DNA of 64,000 nt from an uncultured Rickettsiales bacterium (GTDB lineage Bacteria > Pseudomonadota > Alphaproteobacteria > Rickettsiales > UBA8987): assembly GCA_964588995.1 (NCBI GenBank), contig CAZPQM010000002.1, positions 59,459-123,458 on the forward strand, written 5' to 3'. The position numbers were made by a program, and so were the translations under genes. Numbering within the stretch: the stretch's first letter is position 1; the number at the start of each line of letters is the position of its first letter. Below the pieces are notes generated by a model. That model saw only the letters and a list, made by a program, of their open reading frames with translations. It was not told the origin of the DNA and searched no databases. Shown here in pieces: positions 1-9,547 of the stretch.

Positions 1-234
1 ATGCCCGATATGGACGGGCTGGAATTTACCCGCTATTGCAAATCGCAGGAAAGTCTGAAGCATATTCCCATTGTCGCGTTAACCTCACATCGAAAAGAGC
101 AGATATTGCAACAGCATGAGGATCCCGGATTCAGCGCCTTTGTCAGCAAATCGGAGCGTGACAGGGTTGCCGATGTCATTCAGCAATGTATATCTGCCGG
201 TAGTTCGCTGGAGGAGGTAAATCATGGCTCGTAG
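1..234 (+). CDS. cheA: C-terminal receiver domain of hybrid CheA-CheY histidine kinase (5' truncated by window)
   Basis: Receiver motifs MPDMDGLE and PIVALT; lies immediately upstream of and overlaps cheW, as in cheAY-cheW-cheY-cheB-cheR operons. Confidence 0.65.
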   Translation: MPDMDGLEFTRYCKSQESLKHIPIVALTSHRKEQILQQHEDPGFSAFVSKSERDRVADVIQQCISAGSSLEEVNHGS

Positions 235-712
235 CTCGACGGTTCAGCAGAGTGTATCGATATCTGCGAAAGAAATGGAACAGCTCGTAACGGTTGAAAT
301 TGCGGGCCAGCTATTTGGGTTTCCCGTTTTGGATGTTCAGGATATTCTTCGCCAACAATGTATCACAAAAGTGCCGAATGCGGATGAGGTTATCAAAGGA
401 TTGATTAATCTGCGCGGGCGTATCGTGACCTGCATCGACATGCGCAAACGGCTCGGTCTGGATCCGATGGGGGCAGATCACGAGCCGATGATGGTCGTTA
501 TTGAGAGGCAGAGCGAATTATTCGCGCTGGAAGTTGACACGGTGGGTGACGTGCTGAACCTGCCGATGAAAGATTTTGAGAATAGTCCGCCGAACCTGGA
601 CCCGGCGTGGAAGCAAATCGCGTCGGGGGTTTTTAGGCTTGAGAAGCGCCTTCTGGTCGTTGTGAATATTCCGAGCCTGTTAAATATTATCACGGAAGAG
701 AAACCTGCATGA
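224..712 (+). CDS. cheW: Chemotaxis coupling protein CheW
   Basis: GLINLRGRIVTCID motif, 162 aa, operon context. Confidence 0.95.
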   Translation: MARSSTVQQSVSISAKEMEQLVTVEIAGQLFGFPVLDVQDILRQQCITKVPNADEVIKGLINLRGRIVTCIDMRKRLGLDPMGADHEPMMVVIERQSELFALEVDTVGDVLNLPMKDFENSPPNLDPAWKQIASGVFRLEKRLLVVVNIPSLLNIITEEKPA

Positions 713-1080
713 ATGTAGCATTGGTTGTTGATGACTCCAAGGTCGTCCGTAGTGTTTCACGTCGTATATTGGAAGCGCTGGAATATGAAGTCATAGAAGC
801 GGAGGATGGTAAAGTCGCGCTCGAGCAGGCAAGGGCACATCCACCTTCGGTGGTGTTTCTTGACTGGAATATGCCGGTTATGGACGGTATGGAATTTCTG
901 AAACAGTTCAGGCAATTAAAAGAGTTCAAAGATACGAAAGTAATATTCTGTACCACCGAAAATGACTTCGCCAAGATTCAGGAAGCGATCATGCATGGTG
1001 CCGATGAATATATTATGAAGCCGTATGATGAGCAAATCATCAAAGATAAGCTGATTCAAATCGGGCTGATGGAAGGATAG
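709..1080 (+). CDS. cheY: Chemotaxis response regulator CheY
   Basis: Single receiver domain (VVDDS, FLDWNMPVMDG, YIMKP); ATGA overlap with cheW. Confidence 0.92.
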   Translation: MNVALVVDDSKVVRSVSRRILEALEYEVIEAEDGKVALEQARAHPPSVVFLDWNMPVMDGMEFLKQFRQLKEFKDTKVIFCTTENDFAKIQEAIMHGADEYIMKPYDEQIIKDKLIQIGLMEG

Positions 1081-1082
1081 GG

Positions 1083-2201
1083 GTGACGGCAAACACACCT
1101 GAAAAAGCGGATGCGCCTATTCGCCTGATGATTGTTGATGATTCGTCACCGATTCGGATTATTCTGCGACGGATTTTCGACCGGGCAGAGGGAATTGAAG
1201 TCGCCATGGTCGCCAAAAACGGTAAGGAAGCGGTCGAGATGCTGGACCCGTCTCACCCGGATCACAGTCCGGTCGATGTTGTGACGCTGGATGTTGAAAT
1301 GCCGGAGATGGATGGGCTGACCGCTTTGCCGCTGATGCTCAAAAAGCAGCCGAATCTGGGCGTTATCATGGTATCCACTCTAACGGAAAAAGGCTCGAAA
1401 GCGGCATTAAAGGCCATTTCGCTTGGTGCGGCGTCCTGTATTGGTAAACCCAGTAATAACATCGCGGAGATTACCTCGCTTAGTGAATTCGGTGATGAAC
1501 TCGTACAGAAAGCAAAGCAGGTCTACCGGATGCGTCGCAATACGGGCGCGACGGCCTTTGCCGGCAAGCGGACGGAGCAGGCTGAGCCGATCACCTTGCG
1601 GGACAAGCCAGTTCAACCGGTTCGTGCCATTGCCATTGCCTCTTCCACCGGTGGTCCGGAAGCGCTGAATGTATTTTTTACCGCCTTTAAAGGGCTGAAA
1701 GCGCAGGTGCCCCTATTTCTTACGCAGCACATGCCTGCAAGCTTTACTCGTATGCTGGCTCTGCAGGTGGCAAGTGCGTCCGGAATGGAGTGCGAGGAAG
1801 GGCAGGACGGCGAAGTTGTCAAAGCCGGAAAGATTTACCTTGCGCCGGGGGATTACCATATGCAGGTGAAAAAGCAGGGAGCGGATATCTGTATTGCTAC
1901 AAATCAGGATCCACCGGAAAATTTTTGCCGTCCGGCAGCTGACCCGATGTTGCGAAGTCTTGCCGAGCTGTATGGCAGCGGCGTGCTTCTCGTGGTGTTA
2001 ACGGGCATGGGTGCGGACGGTCTAAAAGGCGCATTAGCCGTTACTGAAAAAGGCGGAACGGTGGTTGCGCAGGATAAAGCCACAAGCGTGGTATGGGGTA
2101 TGCCCGGCGCGGTAGCAAAAGCCGGTCTCTGCAAAGGGGTTTATCCGCTACCCGAGATGGGAGCAAAGGTGAAGGCGTTAATTCCGGGGGTGTTCCGATG
2201 A
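1083..2201 (+). CDS. cheB: Chemotaxis methylesterase CheB (receiver + esterase)
   Basis: LDVEMPEMDG receiver; ASSTGGP, TQHMP and LTGMGADG catalytic motifs. Confidence 0.97.
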   Translation: MTANTPEKADAPIRLMIVDDSSPIRIILRRIFDRAEGIEVAMVAKNGKEAVEMLDPSHPDHSPVDVVTLDVEMPEMDGLTALPLMLKKQPNLGVIMVSTLTEKGSKAALKAISLGAASCIGKPSNNIAEITSLSEFGDELVQKAKQVYRMRRNTGATAFAGKRTEQAEPITLRDKPVQPVRAIAIASSTGGPEALNVFFTAFKGLKAQVPLFLTQHMPASFTRMLALQVASASGMECEEGQDGEVVKAGKIYLAPGDYHMQVKKQGADICIATNQDPPENFCRPAADPMLRSLAELYGSGVLLVVLTGMGADGLKGALAVTEKGGTVVAQDKATSVVWGMPGAVAKAGLCKGVYPLPEMGAKVKALIPGVFR

Positions 2202-3034
2202 GCGTCGCGCCGCAGGATTTTAGCTATTTTCAGGATTTTTTACAGGCAAAGACGGGGATATATATTTCCGAAGATAAGCTCTATTTGCTTGAATCGCGTT
2301 TGCTGCCGCTGGCGCGCAAGCGTAATCTGGATTCGATACAGGCGCTTATCAGGGAAATGCGTGCCGGGGGCGCCATGCAAGCCGCGCTCATAAAGGAAAT
2401 TACCGAAGCGATGACGACCAATGAAACGATGTTTTTCCGTGATAGCAAGCCGTTTGATTATCTGAAGAACGAGATGATGCCCTATATTAAGAAGCATAAC
2501 AAATCCGGAAAACTCCGTATCTGGTGCGCTGCCTGCTCAACAGGGCAGGAGCCTTATTCCATTGCTATGACAATAAAGGAAAACCCGGCTCTTTTCGGCA
2601 GCTTTAGTACGGTTGAAATTATCGGCACTGACATCGATACGACCGCACTCCATAAAGCGGAGCAGGGGCAATACACCCAATTCGAAGTGCAGCGGGGATT
2701 ACCGATTCAGCTATTAATGAAATATTTTACGCAGTTGGAGAGCTACGGTGATGTATGGCAGCTGAAGGACGATATCAAAAAGATGGTTGGCTTCAAGCAG
2801 CTGAATCTGCTTGAGAGCTATATGTCGCTCGGCAGGTTTGATATCATTTTTTGTCGTAATGTACTGATTTATTTCCGGCAGGAAACCAAGAGTGATGTCC
2901 TCAACCGCCTTTCAGGACAACTTCAACCTTATGGTTTCCTAATGCTCGGCTCGTCGGAAAATACCATGGGCCTGACTGACCGTTATGAGAAATTCAATCA
3001 GATCAATGGGCTGTTGAATTTAAAAGCGGCTTAA
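2198..3034 (+). CDS. cheR: Chemotaxis methyltransferase CheR
   Basis: TTNETMFFRD, IWCAACSTGQEPYS, FDIIFCRNVLIYF; start placed at ATG 2198 (ATGA overlap with cheB stop). Confidence 0.97.
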   Translation: MSVAPQDFSYFQDFLQAKTGIYISEDKLYLLESRLLPLARKRNLDSIQALIREMRAGGAMQAALIKEITEAMTTNETMFFRDSKPFDYLKNEMMPYIKKHNKSGKLRIWCAACSTGQEPYSIAMTIKENPALFGSFSTVEIIGTDIDTTALHKAEQGQYTQFEVQRGLPIQLLMKYFTQLESYGDVWQLKDDIKKMVGFKQLNLLESYMSLGRFDIIFCRNVLIYFRQETKSDVLNRLSGQLQPYGFLMLGSSENTMGLTDRYEKFNQINGLLNLKAA

Positions 3035-4248
3035 ACCAGCTCGCCTTGCAATAAGGTAGCTGTATCATATTTGCCCATCGCATGCTTCATGAAAAATTGC
3101 TTAACATCCGGAAGGTTTTCCACAGCACGTAAGCCAAGCCTGCGGGAGAGGGCGAGCGGCATGGCATTATTAGAGAATAAGCGGTTCAGTACATCCGTTA
3201 CCGCGATCATGCTGTAATTATCACGCTTGCGCTTACGTTCATACGTCTGCAATAGTTGCGCGCTACCGACATCGAGGCCAAGCCGTTTATGCTCGACAAC
3301 GAGCTCCGTTAACGTCGCAATATCGCGCATACTGAGGTTAAACCCTTGCCCGGCAATCGGGTGGATGCCGTGAGCGGCATCACCAATCAACACCGCTCTT
3401 TCCTGATAATAACGTGTGGTGAAACTCAGGGTAAGCGGGTAGCTGAAGCGTTCACCAACGAGGGATAAGCCGCCGAGAAAGTTACCGAAGCGCTCTTCGA
3501 TTGCCGATATAAACGCCTGATCGTTTGCATCACTATAATGCGCTGCCTCGTCACGTTTTTCCGTCCAGACGAGCGAGGAGTGATGCGGATTCTGCATAGG
3601 TAGAATGGCAAATGGGCCGCTCGGCAAAAATCGCTCCACCGCAAGCCCATCATGCGGCTGCTCATGCTCTACGGTACACACAATCGCTGTTTGCTTATAG
3701 TCCCAGGTGATCGGTTTGATGCCAAGAATGTCGCGAGTGGCGGAGCGCTTGCCATCGGCGACGATGACTAGCCCGGCTGATAGCTCCCTGCCGGATTCCG
3801 TGGAAAGCTGTGCGCGCTCAATATCCAACTCGGTGATCGTTTCAGGGGCCAGCAATACTACCGTCTCGAGCGCCGCTATCCGGTCGAGCAGCGCCCCACG
3901 AATATGGCGGTTTTCGAGGATATAACCCATTGCATCGGGCCCGACGTCGCGGTGATCGTAATGCAGCCAGAGCGGGGAGTCCTGATCGACGATGCGAATG
4001 TCATTGATCGGCCCGGCCTGCGGTTCCATTTTTTCCCAGACGCCGATCGCGCGTAATAACTGTTTAGATGCATGGGCGATCGCGCTGACCCGGCCATCAA
4101 AGGCTTGTTTTCGGTAATGCTCGGGGTTCTGGCGCTCGATAATCGTTGTGGTGATGCCATGCGTACCGAGGGCAACAGCCATCGTCAGCCCAGCCAGCCC
4201 GCCACCTATAATCATCACATCAGTTGAAGTTGTGTTATCTTTATTCAT
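3031..4248 (-). CDS. UbiH/UbiL/UbiF-family FAD-dependent monooxygenase (ubiquinone biosynthesis)
   Basis: IIGGGLAG FAD motif, DGRVSAI, IVADG, LIGDAAHGIHPIAGQGFNL; start placed at ATG 4248, coupled to the upstream stop. Confidence 0.9.
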   Translation of the reverse strand: MNKDNTTSTDVMIIGGGLAGLTMAVALGTHGITTTIIERQNPEHYRKQAFDGRVSAIAHASKQLLRAIGVWEKMEPQAGPINDIRIVDQDSPLWLHYDHRDVGPDAMGYILENRHIRGALLDRIAALETVVLLAPETITELDIERAQLSTESGRELSAGLVIVADGKRSATRDILGIKPITWDYKQTAIVCTVEHEQPHDGLAVERFLPSGPFAILPMQNPHHSSLVWTEKRDEAAHYSDANDQAFISAIEERFGNFLGGLSLVGERFSYPLTLSFTTRYYQERAVLIGDAAHGIHPIAGQGFNLSMRDIATLTELVVEHKRLGLDVGSAQLLQTYERKRKRDNYSMIAVTDVLNRLFSNNAMPLALSRRLGLRAVENLPDVKQFFMKHAMGKYDTATLLQGELV

Positions 4249-5270
4249 CACGTTGCCTTTCTGGGGTCGAGCGCATCGCGTGTCGCTTCCCCTATGAATA
4301 CCAGTAAGCTGAGTATCACCGCAATGACGATAAAGCCCGTCAGGCCCAACCACGGTGCCTGCAGGTTGGCTTTGCCCTGCGCGAGTAATTCACCGAGCGA
4401 GGGGCTGCCGGGGGGCAGGCCGAAGCCGAGGAAATCAATGGAGGTCAGGGTTGTAATCGCGCCGTTGAGAATAAAGGGCATAAAGGTAACGGTGACGACA
4501 AGGCTGTTGGGCAGCACATGCCGAAACAGAATAAGTCGCTCACGGACACCAAGCGCACGGGCCGCTTTCACATAATCCATATTACGGGTCTTGAGGCATT
4601 CGGCACGCACCCCATCTACTAAAGACATCCACGAGAAGAGAAGCATAATCAATAAGATCCACCAGAAAGTTGGCGTAACGATCGAAGCAAGGATGATGAG
4701 CAGGAACAATGTTGGCAGGCTACTCCAGATTTCGATAAAGCGTTGCAGCCCTAAATCGACCCAGCCGCCGAGATAGCCCTGCAAGGCCCCGGCAATCACG
4801 CCGATGATGGAGGAAAGAATCGTGAGCGCAAGGCCGAACAGGACGGAAATGCGAAAGCCATAGATCACCCGGGCGAGTACGTCGCGCCCCTGATCGTCCG
4901 TTCCAAGCCAGTTTTCCTCATCCGGCGGAGAGGGGGCGGGTGTGGGCAAATCGTAATTTACCGTCTGGTAGGAATAGGGAATCGGCGGCCAGAGCGTCCA
5001 GCCATCCTCCTGAATTAACGACTGAATATAGGGGTCGCGGTAATCTGTCTCGGTTTCAAAATCCCCGCCGAAGGTGGTTTCCGGATAGGAAAACAGAACG
5101 GGAAAATAAAGCTCATCCTGATAAGAGATGAGCAATGGCTTATCATTTGCGACCAGTTCGGCGAAGAGTGTGAGGACGAAAAGCACCATAAAAATCAGGA
5201 AGCTGTAATAGCCGCGTTTATTGGCTTTAAACCGGTTCAAGCGTGCCTGATTAATGTCAGAGAGTTGCAT
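4248..5270 (-). CDS. yejE: Peptide ABC transporter permease, YejE-like
   Basis: RFKANKRGYYS, NWLGTDDQGRDVLARVIYGFRIS, EAA-type loop, RDALDPRK C-terminus. Confidence 0.85.
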   Translation of the reverse strand: MQLSDINQARLNRFKANKRGYYSFLIFMVLFVLTLFAELVANDKPLLISYQDELYFPVLFSYPETTFGGDFETETDYRDPYIQSLIQEDGWTLWPPIPYSYQTVNYDLPTPAPSPPDEENWLGTDDQGRDVLARVIYGFRISVLFGLALTILSSIIGVIAGALQGYLGGWVDLGLQRFIEIWSSLPTLFLLIILASIVTPTFWWILLIMLLFSWMSLVDGVRAECLKTRNMDYVKAARALGVRERLILFRHVLPNSLVVTVTFMPFILNGAITTLTSIDFLGFGLPPGSPSLGELLAQGKANLQAPWLGLTGFIVIAVILSLLVFIGEATRDALDPRKAT

Positions 5271-5367
5271 AGACGGGAGTATAGCGCAATTCTGCTTCTT
5301 TTCAATTTTTCACGCATAAAAAATACAACCTTAGAAAAGCTATGATAAATCAAGAAGTAACGATTGG

Positions 5368-5383
5368 TTAACGAAAAGTTAAC
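5368..5383 (+). promoter_or_regulatory. CtrA-binding box
   Basis: TTAA-CGAAAAG-TTAAC is an exact TTAA-N7-TTAAC match, with a further TTAA at 5391; lies in the divergent intergenic region yejE / small ORF. Confidence 0.6.
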
Positions 5384-5447
5384 AAAGGCGTTAAATACGC
5401 AGAAAGCCAATGACTTTCGGGTCAAAATTTGGTACAATACATATATT

Positions 5448-5714
5448 ATGGGAAGTTTAGCTATTTCATGGACCACTAACAGCGCCGGGTACAAATGCGA
5501 CCTACAAGTGCTTTATGCATGGGTAAATAATCCCCAGAAACGCTGGCTAAACGAACAAACCGGTTTTTTTGGTAATGCCGGTAATGAAATTCTTGCAGGC
5601 TCAGATGGTATTCAAGTCTCCGATCCAAGCGCTGGAGGCGGCGGAGGCAGTCCTATAGATCATCAATCTGTGAACCAAGCAGCGCGTATCGCTCAGGCAG
5701 CGATGCAGCGCTAA
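5448..5714 (+). CDS. Small hypothetical protein (88 aa)
   Basis: ORF fills the gap between yejE and bfr; TACAAT -10-like element upstream; ATG 5448 preferred over 5364; no recognisable motif. Confidence 0.5.
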   Translation: MGSLAISWTTNSAGYKCDLQVLYAWVNNPQKRWLNEQTGFFGNAGNEILAGSDGIQVSDPSAGGGGGSPIDHQSVNQAARIAQAAMQR

Positions 5715-5723
5715 CGATGCAAG

Positions 5724-6188
5724 TTACACCTGCGATTGCAGGTAGTTCTGCTCACCCAGATCCCGAATCAGCCCCAATTGCTGTTCCAGCCACAGATAGT
5801 GCGACTCCTCTGAAATAAGAATCTGCTGTAGTAAATCTTCCGTCCCCTTATCGTTGACCGTATCGCTATGGGCGAGGGCGGCACGCAAATCTTCAATGGC
5901 TCCTTTTTCCATTTCAAAATCAGCCTCTAACATTTCGCGTACTGTTTCACCAATATGTAACTTACCTAAATCCTGAAAATTCGGTAATCCACCTAGAAAC
6001 AAAATGCGTTGTGCTATTTCATCGGCATGCTTCATCTCATCAATGGATTCTTCATATTCCTTATCACCCAGTGTGTGATATCCCCGATGTTTTAACATTT
6101 TTGCATGCAAGAAATATTGGTTAATCGAGGTGAGCTCATTTTTGAGAATGGTATTGAGATGGCTGATCATCTTCTTATCGTTTAACAT
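5724..6188 (-). CDS. bfr: Bacterioferritin
   Basis: ELTSINQYFLHA, EEEsidEMKHAD-type ferroxidase segment (EESIDEMKHAD), LFLGGLPNFQ, EESHYLWLE. Confidence 0.97.
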   Translation of the reverse strand: MLNDKKMISHLNTILKNELTSINQYFLHAKMLKHRGYHTLGDKEYEESIDEMKHADEIAQRILFLGGLPNFQDLGKLHIGETVREMLEADFEMEKGAIEDLRAALAHSDTVNDKGTEDLLQQILISEESHYLWLEQQLGLIRDLGEQNYLQSQV

Positions 6189-6253
6189 GCGCTATCCTTT
6201 TCTGTAGAACGATGATGTTAGCATCTGCTCCAGAGTCAATCAAGCGAAAAGGG

Positions 6254-6268
6254 TGAGAATAAGTATTA
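6254..6268. promoter_or_regulatory. Possible Fur-family box upstream of bfr
   Basis: TGAGAAT-A-AGTATTA has 3 mismatches to the 7-1-7 TGATAAT-N-ATTATCA core; sits ~65 bp upstream of bfr. Confidence 0.3.
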
Positions 6269-6338
6269 ATTACAATTGTTTATGTGATTGGCTCTTGACG
6301 CATTGACGGATAAGACCGGGAGGGCTATGACATAATAT

Positions 6339-6650
6339 ATGGCGTTACGACAGGGGAAAGAGCTGGACAGGGTGTTTCACGCGTTGGCGAACAGCGCGCG
6401 ACGTAAGATTATCGCCCGGCTTTCGGAAGAAAGTGCGACCATTTCCGAACTCGCGGAGCCGTTTGATATGTCGCTAGCTGCAATTTCCAAGAACATCAAA
6501 GTGCTGGAAAAGGCCGGTTTTATTATTAAAAAGCGCGAGGGTACGACCTATCGTTGTTATCTGAATTATGCACCGGTTCGCTCTGCTGCCGCACTGATCC
6601 AATATCTCGAGCAACGCCAGTTGGAAGAAGAAGAGTTGGTGGTGGCTTAG
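6339..6650 (+). CDS. ArsR/SmtB-family transcriptional regulator
   Basis: LDRVFHALANSARRKIIARL, ISELAEPFDMSLAAISKNIKVLEKAG HTH. Confidence 0.9.
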   Translation: MALRQGKELDRVFHALANSARRKIIARLSEESATISELAEPFDMSLAAISKNIKVLEKAGFIIKKREGTTYRCYLNYAPVRSAAALIQYLEQRQLEEEELVVA

Positions 6651-6691
6651 CAATCCCGGTCATTCTCTTGCCAGAACAGGCGTGCTATTGA

Positions 6692-7969
<1,278 letters not shown>

Positions 7970-7976
7970 TAGAGCT

Positions 7977-8060
7977 CGTCATTGCGAGGAGTGAAACGAC
8001 GAAGCAATCTGGCGCAACCTCTGACCGCATGAGATTGTTTCGCTGGCGCTCGCAATGACG
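7977..8060. repeat. CGTCAT..ATGACG palindromic (REP-like) element
   Basis: cgtcattgcgag...ctcgcaatgacg terminal inverted repeat; first 34 nt identical to 20607-20640; lies between convergent genes. Confidence 0.9.
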
Positions 8061-8068
8061 TCGATTAA

Positions 8069-9547
8069 TTACGCCATCGCCTCAAGCAGCTTTGCCAGCG
8101 CGCCGTATTTCTGCTGGCCGGACTTGCGGCCATCATAAATGATGCGGTCCTCATAGCCGGAAATCCACAGTGCTTCGGGGTTGCGCTTGGCGATGATCAA
8201 ATCACCTTGGCGCGACGTATCTGGCGTGCGGTGCAGCTTCAACACCACGATGCCATCGCCAAGGATGGACTGAAATGCTTGCGCTACCGCATGATCTTCA
8301 ATCCCAAACGCTGTCGGGTCAAAGCCATCAATCACACTGACCACTTCCATTTTGCCGTCTTCGGTGGACATCGCGTAACGCGATTTTTCTATGCCGGAGA
8401 GGCCCTTTTGCGAGTCTTTATGAATTTTCCATGCGGTTTCAACCGGCACGGCGAAGGTTTTGTAGCCTTCAATCTCACGGCACTGGAAATAATAGTGATT
8501 ATTTACGCCAATGCGCTTCAACTCGACCTGCAGCCTGCGGAGCGCCTCGGCGGAATCGTTTACTGAGTCAATGATAGGCGTTTGGTTTTCAAGCGTGACA
8601 AAAGGCCGTGACCGTAAGCCCCGGATAGCTTTTTCGGTTAGCGGCAGTCGTTCAAAATGTCCGGTCTCTTTTGGGATATAGTTGCCGTTCTCATCCAGCT
8701 TGAGCAACTCGTCTGCATGGGTAAAATGCGTCATGAAGGCGAGGTTCACTTCCGGGTGAATCTCATGGAACAGGTCAATCATCTCAAGAAAATTCGCATC
8801 AAATCGTTCCGGGAAAAAGGCGAGCTCTTTCGTACCGATACGGATCGTGCGCACCCCGGCATCGGCAAGCCCATCGAGGTAGAGGAATAGGTTCGTATTC
8901 GAGAGCACCATTGGGTCCCCGCCCGAAAGCAGGGCCTCGCGGATAGGGAACATCTCTTCCCCGTTTTCAAGGTAGGATTTGTCATTGCCGTAATCACCCA
9001 CTTTGCGGTTATGCTCGCGGATATAGTTGGCGATCTGGCTGATCGAGGCGATGTCTTTTTCCGTTTTGGAGGTCAGGAAGTCCGAGCGGTAGCAATAACG
9101 GCACCAGGACGAGCAGACACGCACAACATAAAGCAGCACGAGTTCATATTTATGTAAGAGGCCAGGTACGGGGGAGTATTTCAGCTGGTTGGACGGGTCT
9201 TTTTCTCCGGATAAATCGTCCATCTCTTCCGGCCTCGCTTTGATTAGGTTCGCGATGGCCGTACTCTTCATGGCGAGTTCCATATAGTAGCTGGTCGCAC
9301 GGGGAGGCAAGCGATCCGAAACACCGGCCTGCTTGATTTCCGCAATCTCCTGATCGGAATACAGTTTAGCGCCACCGCGAGCGACATAGCGTTCATAGCC
9401 CGCAATGTCATGCGCGATATAGCGGTTAAAGCGGCTTTCTTTAATTCGCTTTGCCGCATTGGATAAGACTTTTTTATCCCGCTTATTGCGGACTTTCGCT
9501 TTCACGGGTTGTACCCGGGTTTCGGTGCGTTCAAGCAGTTCTGTCAT
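8069..9547 (-). CDS. KamA-family radical SAM/PLP 2,3-aminomutase-like protein
   Basis: C145xxxC149xxC152-Y-R154 (CSSWCRYCYR), LLSGGDPM, THFTH, YYFQC, probable PLP Lys in STEDGK; 492 aa, longer than EpmB. Confidence 0.88.
   Translation of the reverse strand: MTELLERTETRVQPVKAKVRNKRDKKVLSNAAKRIKESRFNRYIAHDIAGYERYVARGGAKLYSDQEIAEIKQAGVSDRLPPRATSYYMELAMKSTAIANLIKARPEEMDDLSGEKDPSNQLKYSPVPGLLHKYELVLLYVVRVCSSWCRYCYRSDFLTSKTEKDIASISQIANYIREHNRKVGDYGNDKSYLENGEEMFPIREALLSGGDPMVLSNTNLFLYLDGLADAGVRTIRIGTKELAFFPERFDANFLEMIDLFHEIHPEVNLAFMTHFTHADELLKLDENGNYIPKETGHFERLPLTEKAIRGLRSRPFVTLENQTPIIDSVNDSAEALRRLQVELKRIGVNNHYYFQCREIEGYKTFAVPVETAWKIHKDSQKGLSGIEKSRYAMSTEDGKMEVVSVIDGFDPTAFGIEDHAVAQAFQSILGDGIVVLKLHRTPDTSRQGDLIIAKRNPEALWISGYEDRIIYDGRKSGQQKYGALAKLLEAMA

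Noticed and set aside
6339-6650. ArsR regulator as a metal sensor linked to bfr
   Set aside because: No obvious Cys/His metal-site motif; the adjacency alone is not evidence.
8069-9547. Annotation as EpmB (EF-P beta-lysylation) or a canonical lysine 2,3-aminomutase
   Set aside because: Much longer than EpmB, no efp/epmA adjacent, and both lysine-binding Asp positions are substituted.
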